Assembly: GCA_047495785.1 (NCBI GenBank)
Contig: JBLDXI010000002.1
Coordinates: 496,001 to 560,000 of the forward strand
Direction of reading: 5' to 3'
Length of the DNA: 64,000 nucleotides
From: Lepidodermella squamata
Lineage: Eukaryota > Animalia > Gastrotricha
The translations under genes were made by a program, and so were the position numbers. This document shows positions 61,215-64,000 of the stretch, piece by piece. The notes beneath the pieces were generated by a model, which was not told the DNA's origin, did no database searches, and saw only the letters and a list, made by a program, of their open reading frames with translations. The first letter of the stretch is position 1; each line of letters begins with the position of its first letter.

Positions 61215-63684
61215 TCAAATGTGGCGCCTAGCTTTAGCGGCGGTGGTCGATTCAGTTGTAACCGTAGTTTCAGCCGAGGTTGAAGTTGCGGTCTTTTCGG
61301 TGGTTGTTTCGGTGGTCAAACAAGTTTTTTGGCACTCGGCCTCTTCCTTGAAGAGTTTCAGGCCGCGACGGCAGCCGCCGGACCTGAACACTACGCACTT
61401 TTGGCTTTCAGTATCGAAATAATACCTGTGGCTTGAAAAGAAAAATGATGAAAATTATGTCGTAGTGATAGAAGTTGGAAATTTACATGCGCTTAGCAGC
61501 CCGGCATTTCTCGGGGCTCTTAGCGTCAGGAGCTTTCCAACCAGAGCACTTTTCGGTGCAGTTGAATTCGTCAAAGTGATTGCTGCAGTCGCCGTAGAAG
61601 CCATCGCATCGGTCTGAAACGTAATTGGCAAAAAATGAAAAATCGGCGAAAAAACGAAGATTTTTTAATTTGGTAATTTTTTGTACAAAATTCACCTACA
61701 TTTTTTTCAATTAAAAATAGCGAGAGGATAATCCATCTTTTATCCGCGATTAATTCGAAGAAATAAAAAATTTACCAGAGGAAACCCGGAAAACCCCGTT
61801 ATTGGTAACTGGTTCAGTAATTTTTCGGTATTTTACCCGTTTGGACCAAATTTCTCTGGATTTTGTTATTCATATTTTAAATTTAATAATTAATTTTCGA
61901 ATTTAGATATATTTTTGAATTTGAATTTCGAAAATTAGACAGGGCAAGACAGCAAAGAAAATGCCGACCTCCTCGTGAAAAAAACTAACGACAAACTGGT
62001 TTTACCTGTTTCAAGGAAGACTTTAGTCGATTTGTTGTCATTCGGCTCGCATAGGAACGCCTTGACTTTGAATGAAAATAAATTTTCGTCCAGCAACGAT
62101 TCCTGTTTCGAGTTCTCTAGGCCTGTGATCTGCGGGAGATCGGGCACAACAGCTTTGCGTGGAGCTACTTTCTTGTCGGTTTTCTCATCCGTCTCAGTCT
62201 TAACAACAGTTTCAGCCGTAGTTGAAGCTGCAGCTGTGGTTGTAGTTGCTTCGGTGGTCAGACAAGTCCGTTGGCACTCGGCCTCTTCCTTGAAGAGTTT
62301 CAGGCCTCGAATACAGCCGCCGTAGTTGTACTCTGTGCATTTACCGCTTTCAGTATCGAAGTAGTACCTGTGGCGTGGAGTGGAAAATAGCAAATGCTTT
62401 TTCGGTGAGAACTTGGAAATTTACATGAGAATAGTAGCACGGCAATCCTCGACATCTTTAGCGACAGGCGCTTTCCAACCAGAGCACTTATCGGTGCAGT
62501 TGAATTCGTCGAAGTCGTTTTTGCAGTCGCCGTAGAAGCCATCGCATCGTTCTGAAAACATGAAAGAAATGCCTTGAAACATCAGCAATGTCAATCTAAT
62601 TTAAGTTTCAAAAAATTTTAAATCTTTCTATTTTTTCAAATTTTCAAATTTTCCTGAAATTTTCTGAAATTTCCTATATTCTCAATTTCTTTGTATTTTT
62701 CCTAATTTTTCTGATATTTTCCAAATTTTTCCAATTTTTTCTTGGAATTTAATGGAACTTCAGGAACGTCACCTCGTTTTCATGGAAGAGAACTTTAATT
62801 TAATTAATTAATCAAACAAAGCTGAGTTTGCAATCACTTTAGAAATTCCACGCAATAACTTGGCATATTTCTAAAATTTTATAAAAAATTCTAAATCTTT
62901 CTAAAATTTCAGAAAATATCCTGAATTTCTCCACAATTCAAACACGATTTCTAAATTAATAATTAATTAGTTACTAATCTGTTTAGTTAATTAATTTAAA
63001 ATTTGAAATGAAATGAATTTTTTAAATCAAGCCAACAGGGACATTTCTCCGGGCAAATATTTGCTCGTAATAAATCTTGACTTTTTTGTTTCATGTGAAT
63101 TTTACCTGTGTCAAAAACCACTTCGTGCGACATTGGGTTCTTCGGATTGCAGCGGAACAACTTCTTCTTCTCAACGATAATTTTACCATTTTCGTCCATG
63201 CTCATGACATCCGACATGTCGTCAAAGTCTTCAACAAACACATTCAGGAAATCATCGAGCGAACCTTTGCGAGAAGCTACTTTCCTGTCGCTTTTCTCAG
63301 CCTTTTCATCAGAAGCAGAACTTGTGGCGGTGAAAGTCTCGGTTTTCAAGGTCGTAGCTTCGGTCGTAGTTTCAATATTCTTGACCTCATCAGAGTTGAC
63401 AGCGGAATTCTTAATCTCGTTGGATTCAACCGGCTCCTTGTAGAAGAATCCGTCGCATTCAACCTGGCACTCGTCGGCCGTTTTGAACATGTTCGTGACC
63501 TTGGCACAACCGCCGTACTTGAATTTCTCGCACTTGCCCGATTCGAAGTCGTAGTAGAACCTGGGAATTGAGGCGCGGCATTCGCGGAAATCGTGACGGG
63601 TCGGGTAGCGCCAGCCCTTGCATTTTTCGCGGCAGTTCTTCTCGTCGGCGCCGTTGTCGCAGTCGTACCGGCCATCACAGCGGG
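61215..63684 (-). CDS. 3' part of a protein made of tandem LDLa-Kunitz-Thr-rich units (3 visible; 5' end beyond the window); exons 63684-63106, 62551-62425, 62367-62006, 61613-61487, 61425-61215
   Basis: RCDGRYDCDNGADEKNC and RCDGFYGDCKNDFDEFNC (LDLa); CRASIPRFYYDFESGKCEKFKYGGC..NMFKTADECQVEC (Kunitz). Confidence 0.88.
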
Positions 63685-64000
63685 CTTAAAAGTATTTGAA
63701 AAAAAATTTCACAATTATTTTCTACTTTGGAGTGACAATTTAACGGAATATGCCTAGATTCCTTTATAGGGGAACATATATTTCTGAAAATTCAGAACCA
63801 TCAGGAAATTATTGTGGATATTTTATTCAATTTTTTCTAGGATTGCTGGGGCAAAAGGGTGCTCAGCAGCAGCTTCAACCCCGCATTCAAATTGAAAATA
63901 ATTTAGAAAATTTAAAAATTTGGATTTTAAAATTCCAGCATTTTTTCAATATTTAATGTTATTTAATGTTATGATTTTTACAGTTGGGGCGATTTTAAGT

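Overview
Gene-dense animal (invertebrate) genomic DNA. Most spliceosomal introns are tiny (about 47-64 nt), so the ORF track fragments nearly every gene. I spliced the genes by hand, and every complete model sums to a whole number of codons. From left to right: (i) a head-to-tail array of at least 7 divergent nuclear receptors (1-12146, +) whose DNA-binding domain has a non-canonical zinc-ligand pattern; (ii) three tandem single-domain receptor tyrosine phosphatases (12295-37690, -), one apparently active and two lacking both the general-acid Asp and the Q-loop Gln, with mosaic, length-variable FN3-like ectodomains; (iii) a GPI-type Ly6/three-finger gene facing three minimal Cys-loop receptor subunits; (iv) a signal-peptide-bearing ankyrin-repeat protein; (v) a divergent dynamin-family GTPase plus a shuffled relic carrying dynamin and Cys-loop receptor fragments; (vi) a trypsin-fold protein lacking all three catalytic-triad residues; (vii) a PH-like/YxxP/Pro-rich adaptor; (viii) the 3' part of an (LDLa-Kunitz)n protein. 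Several non-autonomous DNA transposons are present, some nested, most with readable TSDs; one carries a tRNA-like Pol III module. The best candidates for new biology are the rewired-zinc-finger nuclear receptor family, the active plus substrate-trap-like phosphatase trio, the Ly6 plus short-loop channel cluster and the secreted ankyrin protein. No database searches were possible, so novelty is untested and the taxon is not determined.
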